A DNA stretch of 63,972 bases, counting the filler, from Octopus bimaculoides (Eukaryota), in assembly GCF_001194135.2 (NCBI RefSeq). It is 5 parts of 5 records of this genome, joined end to end, with 100 filler letters (N's around TTAATTAATTAA, not from the genome) between each part and the next. Parts side by side here need not be neighbours in the genome. Positions count along the whole stretch, not along the records: positions 35,995 to 55,948 come from NC_068991.1; positions 56,049 to 62,672 come from NC_069006.1; 3 more parts are not named here. The stretch is one strand, 5' to 3'. This document shows, in pieces, positions 48,313-61,990 of this stretch; within the stretch, counting starts at the first letter, position 1, and the number at the start of each line of letters is the position of its first letter. A program made the translations under genes and the position numbers. The notes under the pieces are model-generated. The model saw nothing but the letters and a program-made list of their open reading frames with translations. It did no database searches and was not told where the DNA came from.

Positions 48313-50341
48313 CCACACACCTTCAGTCTTTCTCTTTCTTCTCCTTCACCACTTTTTCTTTCCCTCTCTTCGTTCTCTTCGTCACTCCCTTCTCTCTTAC
48401 GTTTTTCGTAATTGCAGCATTTAACATTTCTGTTTATACTTGAAAAATAAAACGGACATTTTTCTTTCGAGATTGCTGGACATGAATGATAAAAAGCATA
48501 TAAAAACATTTTAATTAGACACATGCAGATAGTAACATGTTTGCAGCTATGGTGTACAATCCCTTGTATTGTCCTCTCGTATTACTGGTACAATGTTGAA
48601 CCAATGAGAGGGCTTCCATGCAGTTACTCGGCCTGTTAGATAAAGCAACCAAGTTCTCTAAAATTGCATCCTGCCGTTGTAAAAGCAGGTCACTTTGGGC
48701 AATGATATACAATATAACGAAACGATCATGTTCAGAGCGTCTTTGATCATAACTGAATTTGGAATAAACATCAAGAATAATGTAGACAACAACAACTAAT
48801 TACTGTAATACATTTGATAAGGCACCAGACAAGTTCTGTCAAGTCAGCTCAAACAATATTTGTTAGCTTATATTCTTTAATGAATGTCGCGACTGATTTT
48901 TGCTGAAGAAGGTTATAGGCTAAAAGCTGGACATTCGAGTAAAAGTTTATTTATGAAAAAATTAATACATTCTCTTTTTACTTGGTCCCCGATCACATCC
49001 CTAGAAGCAAACGTATAATCCACAGTATAAGAAAAGATGGGATAGTTAATGTTACATTTCTTCTGCTCATTCAGGGCCTGTTTGAGGCTAAAGAAGAGCA
49101 ACAGCAATAATAGCATTCCTTACAACTATACAAGTGTGTGGTAAATGCTGAATAGTAAAAGTTAAGTTCCTATTAAACCGAGATGTCAACATGGATTCTG
49201 TCTCTACTCGATATCCTTTCTTTACATAGAATTCATCGCAGTAAAGCTCATGTAAGAAGTATAAACACCATAAACAATATATGGAAAATTTCGCCACTTC
49301 GGTTTTTATTATAAGAGGGTTTGTATCTAGTTAACAACAATACGTTTATATTTACGAACAAGTCACAAATAGAAACCGATCCATTAGGTCAGAAGTTTTA
49401 GTCTTTACCCCTACGGTGTTCCCTGATGAGCTTATAAAATCATCAATGGCCCTCATTAAAGTTAGTATATATTTTTTATTCTTCGCATGAAACGTCATCT
49501 TTCCTGGGCTTAAATTTTACTCAATGATAAATTAATACATTTTCAGTTAAATAAAACAATAGTCACTAGTGTGCCACAGAATCGACCGAGAGTTTAGTGA
49601 TCCGTAGATACACTATGAATGAAAAAAATGGGTAGTGGTTTAACATAGGTCTTCTGAATTAAGATTAATATTGTGTTAAATGCGAGCGATAATTTTCTTA
49701 TTATAATTATCATTTAGTGTGAAGACTATGAGAAGAGCTAACTGGTTAGATCAGGCGTTATCAAACTGACAAACAATAGACTCACTAACCTAAAAATATA
49801 AGAGTTTTTATTGTGCTATCAATGCGAAGACAAAGTAGAAACTCTTCTTATGTAATGTTCCCTTGTTCGCTGAGGTGTTGGACAAGTTTAAACAATTTGA
49901 AACTATTTTAATTTTATTAAACGTGATAAATTGTCTGACCCCGACCTTTCAATCCTCACAGCCTTACACAAGGGTGCCCCTACACCCACCACATAAAAAT
50001 AACTGAGTTAGGCTGATAAGATTGGTTAATGATGAAAAGAAACAAAATCAATAAAATAAAATAAATCATGAGTAGCATATGGAAGATTCTAGAACATTTC
50101 ACAATTCTAATTAGGAACAATTTTGCAACAGCCTTTTAGAACGTGGAGGGTGCAATGATTGACTGCACTGAATGGATTCAGGTGAGGAAACACAATGTTT
50201 GATGATTCAGAACACAAAGTAAAACGGTAACGATTAATAAAAGATCCGTGAGAGGGTGGGGGTGGGGGCAGCACATAGTGCCATACAAAGTTATTTTTAG
50301 GGATCAAAGGTTTTAAATATTTTGAAAATATATGTAAGTAG

Positions 50342-50528
50342 GTGCAGGTGTGGCTGTGTGGTAAGAAGCTTGCTTCCCAACCACATGGTTCCAGGTGTAC
50401 TCCCACTGCGTGGCACCTTGGGCAAGTGTCTTCTAATATAACCTCGGGTCGACCAAAGACTTGTGAGTGGATTTGGTATTCGAGTATTATGTTTTCCATC
50501 TTGTTTCACATTTATGTGCTTACTTTGG

Positions 50529-50598
<70 letters not shown>

Positions 50599-51035
50599 NN
50601 NNNNNNNNNNNNNNNNNNNNNNNNNNNNNNNNNNNNNNNNNNNNNNNNNNNNNNNNNNNNNNNNNNNNNNNNNNNNNNNNNNNNNNNNNNNNNNNNNNNN
50701 NNNNNNNNNNNNNNNNNNNNNNNNNNNNNNNNNNNNNNNNNNNNNNNNNNNNNNNNNNNNNNNNNNNNNNNNNNNNNNNNNNNNNNNNNNNNNNNNNNNN
50801 NNNNNNNNNNNNNNNNNNNNNNNNNNNNNNNNNNNNNNNNNNNNNNNNNNNNNNNNNNNNNNNNNNNNNNNNNNNNNNNGTTCGGTAAACGAAACCGATA
50901 GAATGAGTGAATAAGTACCAGGCAGAAGAGACCGATAGAATAAGTCCTGGGTTCGATTTGTTCGACTAGGACCTTTCAAGGTGGTGCTCCAGCACGGCCG
51001 TAGTCAAATGACTGAAACAAATAAAAACATAAAAG
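50342..51035 (+). mobile_element. SINE family A spanning microsatellites and a gap
   Basis: Head 50342-50478, tail 50880-51035. Confidence 0.8.
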
Positions 51036-51122
51036 AAAGTAACATATCCAAAGGAGAAATTCTCAGTTGTATAAGAGAGGGAATCAGAAATAGATGCTAG
51101 ATGAAATAAATAAATAAACAAA

Positions 51123-51165
<43 letters not shown>

Positions 51166-51611
51166 AAAGATAACAAAAACAGCGATATGCTCTTTATATA
51201 TTCCTTTACTTAATTCTATTCTCTATACTTAAGGAAATTTATTTCTTTAACAGATTACTCAACATAAATAACATCTTTGAACTTAATGTGGCTAAAATAT
51301 TCTACTTGTATAGTATCTAGTTAAGGTGCATCATCTACACAACATCTGACCACTTGAAATATGGTGGACCAAGTGCGAATACATTAGAGAATATCAACAG
51401 CAGAAGCAGCAAATAAAATAATAAATACAGCAAATATTTTTTTCTACTCTAGGCACAAGGACCGAAATTTTGTGGGAGTAGCCAGTCGATTAGATCGACC
51501 TCAGTACGCAACTGGTACTTTAATTATCGACCCCGAAACGATGAACGGCAAAGTCGACCCCGGCGAAATAAATACAAATATTGAACACCTGCTATACCCA
51601 TATTCTTCATG

Positions 51612-51654
<43 letters not shown>

Positions 51655-52396
51655 GGATCTAGTTCAAAACGGGGGCGCCAGTATTTTCTTAACGAAACAC
51701 TTTGAAACTTGGGACACTGGTAGAATGTGTCATATAAAACATCTTTTTCTCTTAGTCTTCTTAAGAAAAATTATTATATTGCAACTTATTTCATGTTAAA
51801 GTTGTCGTATTTCTGTAATTTCAATCAATGACTGACGTCCATTCAGCTGAATACATTAAGTGCTGACTACGTAAACAAACGATTCTCAAACGATTCTGGC
51901 GGTGATAAAATTATTATTTCCTTGTCAAAAAATGGCTGAAGCATATTGGCAGTAGCTAATAAACCTTTCTATTATAGGCACAAGGTCTGTTTTTTTGAGG
52001 GAAGGGTTAGGGTTAGGGTAAGGGTTAGGGTTAGGGCAAATGTTGTACACATACAGTTCAGGCAGATGTTAACGAAATTATATTAAAAATAAAACGAAGG
52101 AAAACGAACACACGTGTGTTGCCGCTCTGCAAAATGTCAGAGGTAATGGAGATTAAATACGCTTTACACCGCTTAAACTGCCAAACGAGTAACTGTAAAC
52201 AGCTGAATACTTGTCAGTGATTGGTTGAAATTACAGAAATACGACAACTTTAACATGAAGTAACTTTCGATGTACAATTTTTTGTTAAGAAGGTTAAGAG
52301 AAGAAGTTGTTTTATATGACACATTCTACCAGTGTCCCAAGTTTGAAAGTGTTTCATTAAGAAAACAAGTGTTGCCCGTCAAATCACAAAGATCCC
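51655..52396. mobile_element. Foldback-like MITE with ~180-bp TIRs and internal TTAGGG repeats, inside (CTA)n
   Basis: GGATCT...GAAACTTGGGACACTGGTAGAATGTGTCATATAAAAC...TTCATGTTAAAGTTGTCGTATTTCTGTAATTTCAA mirrored at 52213-52396; (TTAGGG)n at 52003-52036. Confidence 0.85.
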
Positions 52397-53267
52397 TACT
52401 ACTACTACTACTACTACTANNNNNNNNNNNNNNNNNNNNNNNNNNNNNNNNNNNNNNNNNNNNNNNNNNNNNNNNNNNNNNNNNNNNNNNNNNNNNNNNN
52501 NNNNNNNNNNNNNNNNNNNNNNNNNNNNNNNNNNNNNNNNNNNNNNNNNNNNNNNNNNNNNNNNNNNNNNNNNNNNNNNNNNNNNNNNNNNNNNNNNNNN
52601 NNNNNNNNNNNNNNNNNNNNNNNNNNNNNNNNNNNNNNNNNNNNNNNNNNNNNNNNNNNNNNNNNNNNNNNNNNNNNNNNNNNNNNNNNNNNNNNNNNNN
52701 NNNNNNNNNNNNNNNNNNNNNNNNNNNNNNNNNNNNNNNNNNNNNNNNNNNNNNNNNNNNNNNNNNNNNNNNNNNNNNNNNNNNNNNNNNNNNNNNNNNN
52801 NNNNNNNNNNNNNNNNNNNNNNNNNNNNNNNNNNNNNNNNNNNNNNNNNNNNNNNNNNNNNNNNNNNNNNNNNNNNNNNNNNNNNNNNNNNNNNNNNNNN
52901 NNNNNNNNNNNNNNNNNNNNNNNNNNNNNNNNNNNNNNNNNNNNNNNNNNNNNNNNNNNNNNNNNNNNNNNNNNNNNNNNNNNNNNNNNNNNNNNNNNNN
53001 NNNNNNNNNNNNNNNNNNNNNNNNNNNNNNNNNNNNNNNNNNNNNNNNNNNNNNNNNNNNNNNNNNNNNNNNNNNNNNNTAGACGTCAGTGATTGGTTGA
53101 AATTACAGAAATACGACAACTTTAACATGAAGTAACTTTCGATGTACAATTTTTTGTTAAGAAGGTTAAGAGAAGAAGTTGTTTTATATGACACATTCTA
53201 CCAGTGTCCCAAGTTTGAAAGTGTTTCATTAAGAAAACAAGTGTTGCCCGTCAAATCACAAAGATCC

Positions 53268-53339
<72 letters not shown>

Positions 53340-54564
53340 TACAACAGGTTAAAATGTGTCTTCCTCCCAAGAGAATGAAGCAATAAAATATCTTCAATAT
53401 AAATGGTGCCTTCTGAGAAGAAATAAATCAAAAGACAAAAAAGATGGGGAGAAACTAAGTGTGATATGGCCAACAAGGTCACGCGGGGTGGGGTGAGGGC
53501 AGGTTACGGAAAAACGATCCTGAACCAGAAGTATTCCTTTCAATGCTATTAACGATATCTCTCAGAAATGAGAAAATAGCAATATTACAAATGAAGTTCT
53601 AGAAATATCAAACAACTGCAACATCACTTATTTATGAAAACATAGCAGCATTAGCTGTTACATCACTTAGAAGAGAGTGTCAATACAGGTGGCATTGCAG
53701 AGAACGGAAACTGAAACTGATACACACACACACACACACACACTTAACTACAAGAACACAAAGACAGACACATGCATATATATATATATATATGTATGTA
53801 TTGTTGTATTTCGGGATGGTAATTTTTTTTTTTTGCCAAATAAACACACGCACTATATATATATTTCTTCACTCGTTTATTACTTTTCTTATTTTATCAT
53901 TTTTAACTCATGTCCAAAAATCTTCCGTCGCTCATCTGTGACCTCTTCAGCGACACTTTTCGTTTTCGTGTGTGTTCTTGCCCCACTTACTCCATTCTAT
54001 TCTTCCAAGATGTCTGTCCTTATGTGCGCATGCGTTTATGTCCTTGTTTGTTTGTTTGTTTGTATGTCTGTATGTCTGTTTCTATGTCTGTGTATATGGT
54101 TGTGTGTGTGTGTCATTGGTTTAAGCAGCTGTGTGGCCTTCCCCTCAGCCCCCTCCTCTCACTCCATTATGCTGCTGCTGTTCTAAGACCTGAAAAAAAA
54201 ATGGTACAGTTCCTGTATTCCTCTGTGTATGTATGTTCACCCACGGTGTTGTCATCATGGTAATTGCTGTTGTTATTGCCATCGTTGGCACCAACGCTGC
54301 TGCTGACCGTGTTAGTTGTGTTGTTGACATTATTATGGCCGTCCATAAGGGTTCATGTATGCGTGTGTTTGTGTGTATGTATGGGTTCGCTTCATATGTA
54401 TCCATGTCTTTTATATAGTGTTATTTATTCCTTTTATCTATCGCTGTCTAACATTTATCACAGGTATGTGACAGATATATTTATATATTTATTTATTTAT
54501 CTATTTATATATATATATTTATTTACTAAAACGTTTTTTTAAATATATATCTGTTTCTATTTCT

Positions 54565-55345
54565 CATAAGTACCACCAGTAATGTTCAACATTCTGATAG
54601 CTGACTTGGAGGAATGCGTCACGCATGTACGACCCTATGGAATTGGAAAGACACATACAACACTTCATCCACCGCATGCAGTTCTCTGGCTACAACCAAA
54701 GGGACAGGATTAGAGTGTACAAAGAAGCCAGGACTAAGTACAACGCCATCATAGAGAGTGGTGCTTAGGGGATCTGCCCACTGTACAGGAGTAAATCTTG
54801 GAACAGCAGGGAAAGGACCAGTAATAAGGTAAATAAGGCCAACACTTGGCATGACAACAAAAAATACCAGAGTGTCATGCTCACTGATGCTACTCCTGGT
54901 GGCGAACTAGCACACCTTTTTAGAAATACATTAAGTAAGGCAAATCTACGAATTAAAAGTAGTAGAGAGGCCTGGTGCCCCTTTAAAATGCCTGATCTGC
55001 AATACCTATCCCTTTGATATGCAGGATGAACCCACAGGTTAACTGTAAGGTTAGAAATGTAGTGTATAGCTTACGATGTACTGAGGGACGGTGCAAAAAC
55101 ATGACAACTACCTACACAGGAGAAACTGCACACTGCATAGAAGAGCATGTAGGTGACCATTCGCGAGAGTTCAAAGAAGGAAAAAGTTCGTCAGTACTCT
55201 ACCAACATGCTCAGGCAAAACATGGAAGCTCGATTAATAGCGTAGAGGTTAAAGTACTATCGACGCATAGAACTGACACGACGCTTAGATTACGGAGGCT
55301 ACACACGTAACAGTAAACAAACCGAGCCTCAACAGAAAACACGAA
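54565..55345 (+). mobile_element. Penelope-like element (Neptune/Naiad-like), RT C-terminus plus GIY-YIG, degenerate
   Basis: RMQFSGYNQRDR..YNAI..CPLYRSKSW..TWH..SVMLTDATPGGEL..RIK.VERPG..LK; CKVRNVVYSLRC..YTGETAH..LYQHAQAKH..NKPSLNRKHEW. Confidence 0.85.
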
Positions 55346-55594
55346 TGGAACAGTAACACCCACCACTACCCCACACCGCACCACATGACTAAAGACAGTA
55401 GGGATGAGAAGGGAGAGGGAAAAGGAGAAAAAAAACCGTAAATAATACACAAAACATACAGGGTAATACATACACAATTGACATATATGCACTTACCGGT
55501 GATACATACGAGAAACAGAGATAGATGTATAAACATTTTAAAAAAAAGTAAATGAATAAATATATAGATAAATAATAAATGAATATACTCGTTA

Positions 55595-55800
55595 TTCCTT
55601 TTACTCTTTTACTTGTTTCAGTCATTTGACTGCGGCCATGCTGGAGCACCGCCTTTAGTCGAGAAAATCAACCCCAGGACTTATTCTTTATAAGTCTAGT
55701 ACTTATTCTATCGGTCTCTTTTTGCCGAACCGCTAAGTTACGGGGACGTAAACACATCAGCATCGGTTGTCAAGCGATGGTGGGGACACACACAAACACA
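55595..55800 (-). mobile_element. SINE family A, 3' half (head-only minus copy also at 57601-57690)
   Basis: Reverse complement of the family A tail. Confidence 0.9.
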
Positions 55801-56479
55801 CATACACACACACACACACACATGAAACTTCATGAACGGCCATAACAATGTCAACAACACAACTAACACGGTCAGCAGCAGTGTCGGTGCCAACGATTGC
55901 AATAACAACAACAACAGCTACCACGATGGCAACACAATGGGCAAACACNNNNNNNNNNNNNNNNNNNNNNNNNNNNNNNNNNNNNNNNNNNNTTAATTAA
56001 TTAANNNNNNNNNNNNNNNNNNNNNNNNNNNNNNNNNNNNNNNNNNNNTATGTGTGTGTGTGTGTGTGTGTACAGGCCTTTTTCTTGATTACCCTTAAAA
56101 TCAATATTTTTCATCCTATTTCGTTAACGCTGGGAATATACATCATCTATGTTCCAGAAATGGTCATAGACTCTTCAAATTTTCCACATAATGAATTAAT
56201 GTCACTCCTAGGGGACGAAAACACCTTCTTGCAGGTAAATAACAGGCACTAACGACCGTTGCTTCAATAGGCATTACTCTTGATGACGTAGTTACGGTCC
56301 TTCTGTGTCTGTCCTACGTGTACATTTTGTAGTATTTAATGCATTTTTCACTTAACTGAACGCAACGCATCCAGACTTTTCTTAACAGAAACTTTATATG
56401 TATATATTTGTGTGTATGGTGGGGGGTGAATGTGTGTGTGAGTGTGTGTGTGTGTGTGTGTGTGCGATTATTTAATTTT

Positions 56480-56715
56480 AGTTCAAACTTTCTTGCCAAT
56501 AGAAAAAGATCCGGTTTCTAACGTAGAGCCAATACTCGTTCATTGGAATTTCAACAACATCGACACCGTATTTTGACATGTATGTGGGTAAGTGTGCAGT
56601 ATTTGGAGCCAGTGCATGTGCAGATTTGAACGTTTTGTATTATGCATTTATTCTTATTCTCATTTATATATATATACATATGTTTATATATAACTTTCTG
56701 TCTGTCTGTATGTAT
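56480..56715 (-). mobile_element. 3' UTR of the TACA-rich RLE LINE family
   Basis: Reverse complement ..GTTGAAATTCCAATGAA..GTTAGAAACCGGATC..CTATTGGCAAGAAAG matches 2595-2668. Confidence 0.65.
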
Positions 56716-57959
56716 GTACAAAGTAATAGAAAATAGAAGATATAGCATACAAGGACATTTTGGCTAAAAAGAAAAAAATATTGGATATATAGAAATATAA
56801 ATTCAAAGAACACTAATAGTATTAATAAAATTATTTCTGAATTCTTCTTGAATATGGCAACAAATAGTAGGTTCCAAATAAAGAAAAGAAACTAAACAAA
56901 AGTATGGCAAAAGTATATTTCGAATATGGATTCTACATTACTGCTCCATTGATTTTTCTTTGAGAATAGTGTAGCAGAAATACTGCAGACCATTTTGACT
57001 GTATAAAACTTAGTGATGTACTCTTTGACGCAGGATGCCTGTTTAGTTTCGGAATACATTTTAATATGGAGAAGAATATATTAAATCTTGATACCAGCAC
57101 GTTTAATCGAAGATCTATTCGTAATATGTATATGCAGTAACTCTGTATANNNNNNNNNNNNNNNNNNNNNNNNNNNNNNNNNNNNNNNNNNNNNNNNNNN
57201 NNNNNNNNNNNNNNNNNNNNNNNNNNNNNNNNNNNNNNNNNNNNNNNNNNNNNNNNNNNNNNNNNNNNNNNNNNNNNNNNNNNNNNNNNNNNNNNNNNNN
57301 NNNNNNNNNNNNNNNNNNNNNNNNNNNNNNNNNNNNNNNNNNNNNNNNNNNNNNNNNNNNNNNNNNNNNNNNNNNNNNNNNNNNNNNNNNNNNNNNNNNN
57401 NNNNNNNNNNNNNNNNNNNNNNNNNNNNNNNNNNNNNNNNNNNNNNNNNNNNNNNNNNNNNNNNNNNNNNNNNNNNNNNNNNNNNNNNNNNNNNNNNNNN
57501 NNNNNNNNNNNNNNNNNNNNNNNNNNNNNNNNNNNNNNNNNNNNNNNNNNNNNNNNNNNNNNNNNNNNNNNNNNNNNNNNNNNNNNNNNNNNNNNNNNNN
57601 AAGAAGGCATTTGCCCAAGGTGCAACGCAGTGGGACTGAACCCGGATGTATGTGAATGGGAATCAAGCTCCTTAACAACACAGCCATGCCTGCGCTTGTT
57701 TGGATGGAAAAAGGCGTAAATGTCACAGTTGGAAGGCTTTTAATATGTCTATTCGATAAAGAATGAACAACACCAGCATCAAAAGTAATTGCAACAACAG
57801 CAGCAGCAACAACAACAATGAGCGCATGCGTAACATTAGCAATAGAAACATCAGTAGTAGCGACAGATGTGACAACCAGAGGCATCGGTAGAAATTGGTG
57901 CATGTGGAATAACGGATGGAAATTCAACGGCAACACCGCCAACAACAGCAGCAGCATCA

Positions 57960-58140
57960 TCATCATCAATATCAACAGCAGAAACAGCTGCAGCAGCAGC
58001 AACTACGACAGCAGCAATAGCAGTAGCAAAAGTAGTAGTAGTAGTAGTAGTAGTAGCGGCAGTGGCGGTGGCGGCTGTGATGGTGGTAGTAGTAGCATTA
58101 AAGGTAATAGTAGTAGTATTAGTAGTAGTAGCTGCAGCGT

Positions 58141-58172
<32 letters not shown>

Positions 58173-58402
58173 TGTTGTAGTAGGAGTAGTAGTAGTAGTA
58201 TATTACCTTATAACTAGGCGAGTGTAACAACTGTAACACTAACCACCACAAGAACACAAAGAACGGTGAAATTGGCAGCAACAACAGCGGCAAAATGAAC
58301 TACCACCACTACTACTACAACAACTGCTACTACAACTGCTACTACTACTACTACTACTGCTACTACTACTACTTCTATTACTACTACTACAGTTACTACA
58401 AT

Positions 58403-58438
<36 letters not shown>

Positions 58439-58709
58439 GACTACTACCACCACTACGNNNNNNNNNNNNNNNNNNNNNNNNNNNNNNNNNNNNNNNNNNN
58501 NNNNNNNNNNNNNNNNNNNNNNNNNNNNNNNNNNNNNNNNNNNNNNNNNNNNNNNNNNNNNNNNNNNNNNNNNNNNNNNNNNNNNNNNNNNNNNNNNNNN
58601 NNNNNNNNNNNNNNNNNNNNNNNNNNNNNNNNNNNNNNNNNNNNNNNNNNNNNNNNNNNNNNNNNNNNNNNNNNNNNNNNNNNNNNNNNNNNNCTACAGT
58701 TACTACAAT

Positions 58710-58745
<36 letters not shown>

Positions 58746-58801
58746 GACTACTACCACCACTACGACTGCTACTACTACTAGTACTACTACTACTACTGCT
58801 G

Positions 58802-58837
<36 letters not shown>

Positions 58838-59130
58838 GCACCACTACTACCACCACCACCACCACCACCACCACTACTACTACTACTTCTATTCCTACAG
58901 TTACTACTACCACTACTACTATTACTACCACTACTTCTACTGATACTACTACTACTGCTTTTTCTACTACTACTACTACTACTACTGCTGCTTCTATTAC
59001 TACAGTTACTACTACTACTGCTGCTGCTACTACCATCACCACCACCAGCAATTCTGCTGATGCTACCACAGTTACAACTACTGTTACTACTACTACTACT
59101 ACTTGTACATCTGCAGCAGCAGTAACAGAA
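57960..59130. repeat. Compound (TAG)n/(TAC)n/(CAC)n trinucleotide array with gap
   Basis: Direct; source of the poly-V/Y/L/S pseudo-ORFs. Confidence 0.95.
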
Positions 59131-60179
59131 TCTACTGCAAAATTGCAGCAATGCTAGAATCAAACGTACAACAGCAGCAATGAGTCCCTATGCGGACGCT
59201 CAGTTTGCCTGAAAGAGTAGCCAAACAACCCTGAAATTGCAAACTATTATTCAAAAAAAAAAAAGACAAAAAAAAAAAACAGGAGGTTATAGATCAGATC
59301 ATGTGATTTTATAAGATCTCAACAGCTGCATTACCAAACACAACAGCAGCACCGTGCTCTAAAGTAGCAACACAACAGCAACATAGATAAACAGTAATAT
59401 TAGTAAAAGCAGGAGCGTTAACAGCAAAATCAGCAGTAATGCAATCGCAGCAGCAGTAGTATTAGTAGAACCAATAGTATTGACAGCAGCAGTTGTAGCA
59501 GCAGCAACAGCAGTGGCTTCAGAAATAGCAACAGCAGTATCGACTGCAGCAACAAGCTCAGCAGCATATCAGCAACAACGGAATCGATAACATCAATAAT
59601 GTAGTCTTTGATATGTTATGTCTGGAAAATAAAAGCGATGGTCACGGTTGGAAGGCTTTGATCATGAATTTGCTGTCTAGGCTGTTTTTGGAGGTTGAAT
59701 TGCTCGAACAACTGCAATAACGTAGGGCTGACAATTCTACCCTGCATCTATCCTCAGAGCTGCTAGAAATAGCAACAAAACGTGCCTCAAATGGTATGTC
59801 ATTGTTTTAAAATCGAAACGCTGCAGTTGGAAATTTAATCGATGATATAACATTATTGAAAAAGTAAACATCAATACCTAATAACGATATTAAATCGGCA
59901 GTCACACTTAATAGGATAAAACACACATACGCGCGCACACTCACACACACACACACAAACACGCGCGCACACAGACACACGCAGACACACAACTGCACGA
60001 TGAATTACAACGCTCGTAACATCAATATTATAAGTCTCAACAGCAAAATAACAACTACAACAAGTATATTGGTATTAACACATCAGTTACTGCAGTCTTA
60101 AAATAGCAATAATAATAATAATAATAATGATGATGATGATGATGATGATGATAATAATAATAATTCTCATATCAACAAC

Positions 60180-60860
60180 AGTAGTCACAGCATTAACTTG
60201 TTAATAAATAACAGCGGAATATCAGTCTCAACAACAGCAACATCAGTCACAATATGAACAACAGCAATAACAACAAAAACAACAACATAAATTACAGCAG
60301 TCATAGGATCACTGTGATAAGTCATAGCGTCATGGTTTATGTCACAAGAGTATGACATAGACTGTAACATCAATGACATCAGTCACAACATAAGTAGTAA
60401 CAATTAATTACAGCAGTCACAACATAAGATGAAACATTTCCCCAAAGCAGTCACAGCATACTATGTAAAATTAACAACAGTAGTCACAGCATAAACTCTA
60501 ACATCAACAACAGGAGTTATATTTTAAGTAGTAACATCAAAGTCACAACATAGACAAAGATATTAACATTATCATTCACTCTATCGGCTGCCATTTTCAA
60601 TAATATTGTATTAACAACAGCAGTCAAAACATGTTTCAAAATAAACAACAGCAGTTACAACCTTAACAACACTAGTCACAACAATATCTAGAATATAATA
60701 TTAAGAACCACCATCACAATAGCTACTAATCTAGTCATAATATCAACAGTAATCCCAGCAACTGCATTATCAAGTATAACATTTGAATACGATCACAATC
60801 CCACTAATATAATATCAGCATCGTCACTCAGAAATATGAACAATATCATACAATATCGAT
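60180..60860. repeat. Degenerate minisatellite of AACAACAGCAGTCACA(A/G)CATA-like units
   Basis: Recurring GTCACA(A/G)CATA motifs at irregular 20-60 bp spacing. Confidence 0.6.
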
Positions 60861-61043
60861 AACAGGAATGATTTGTAGCGTTCATGTGTCATATATGATA
60901 CCCGTGTTCAAGTTATTTTCAACTTGTGGGTTGTGGAAGGGAAATCTTTTTTTTTTTTTCTTATTCAAAACGGGTGCTTCTGACCCTGCTGGCCCTGAAA
61001 AAGTTCTATTCCAATTTCTCCCCCCCCCCACCACCACTTGGAT

Positions 61044-61131
61044 TACAGCAGGGATTTGGCCAAAGTCTGTTGAAGTTAACTATGAAATTTCATTCTTAGC
61101 CTCGACAGACTTCAGCCACATCCCTGCTGTA
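61044..61131. other. 88-nt near-perfect hairpin (TA-CAG...CTG-TA; miniature Tc1-type MITE or pre-miRNA-like)
   Basis: TACAGCAGGGAT/ATCCCTGCTGTA 12 bp, GGC/GCC, AAGTCTGTTGA/TCGACAGACTT 11 bp, inner ATGAAA/TTTCAT. Confidence 0.75.
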
Positions 61132-61724
61132 TTCTTGAGATATTCTTTTGTTCGTAAAATTACGTTTCGTCTGATGATTTCGGTTTTTGTAATAGAGTAA
61201 TATTCTCATTCATCTCTTAAAAAATGCGTAAGAAACAGCATGATATTTATCCATCGTATATTACTCATTTGATTATAATACACTAAGGGGATTTACAACT
61301 TGTCGGACAGCCTAGTGTCTACCAACAACATACAATTCAACGTAACACGTACTTTGGACTCTCGGTGTTAAACACTCATATAGTTGGTTTTTCTCTGTGT
61401 ACACCACCGCAATATCCTATTTGATACTTACCAGCCACAGGACGGAACAACAATTCTATCCGACCCTGTATGGTGCATATCNNNNNNNNNNNNNNNNNNN
61501 NNNNNNNNNNNNNNNNNNNNNNNNNNNNNNNNNNNNNNCTCTCCTTGTTTCTCTCTTTGTTTCTTTCTGTGTTCCTTTCTGTGGAAGAGCGTAGGCTCAA
61601 AACATTAAAGGATTTTTCAATTCCCGAGCGTTATACTAATACATCTGTTTGTTTTCTACACCGCCTGTCTTCGTCTGTTATTTTTTTTTGTGAATTCTCC
61701 CTATATACATATTTCTCCCTATAT

Positions 61725-61990
61725 ACATGTTTGAACTGCAGATGGCTCCGCAATCCAAGGGTTGCATGAAACATACGGGGACATTGTGGACAAGGGATAG
61801 AAGGGGTTGGTTTGGGAAGGAGAAGGCGCTGCTTTCTCTCCCGTCTCTTGAGTTCAGGCTTTCTCGAAGTCCGCTGAACCCGTTTTGATGGTGTGTCTCC
61901 AAAGGGGTCTGTTTGCCGAGATATCCTCCCAGTGTGCGGGGTCGATGTTGGTGCTTTTCAAGGTTGATTTGAGTTGGTCCTTGTACCGCC
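61725..61990 (-). mobile_element. RTE-BovB-like LINE 3' end
   Basis: RYKDQLKSTLKSTNIDPAHWEDISANRPLWRHTIKTG..F..KRRERK..IPCPQCPRMFHATLGLRSH. Confidence 0.85.

Larger units (their letters stand above)
54230..55948. repeat. ~125-bp inverted repeat pair (54230-54355 and 55820-55948)
   Basis: GGCCATAA(T/C)AATGTCAACAACACAACTAACACGGTCAGCAGCAG..GGTGCCAACGAT on opposite strands. Confidence 0.85.

Noticed and set aside
52213-53340. Near-exact ~200-bp direct duplication (52213-52419 vs 53085-53290) across a gap
   Set aside because: Both copies end in the same (CTA)n and flank an N gap; most likely unmerged contig overlap or haplotypes.
58000-60860. Regularly recurring units as CRISPR-like array or repeat protein gene
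   Set aside because: Eukaryotic trinucleotide and minisatellite sequence; no constant repeat with unique spacers and no consistent frame.
61570-61625. CTGTGGAAGAGCGTAGGCTCAAAAC; similar relics at ~53915-53960 (minus), 14365-14390, 6545-6590
   Set aside because: Core nucleotides are mutated or stems missing; at most dead PLE-type relics, not supportable as ribozymes.
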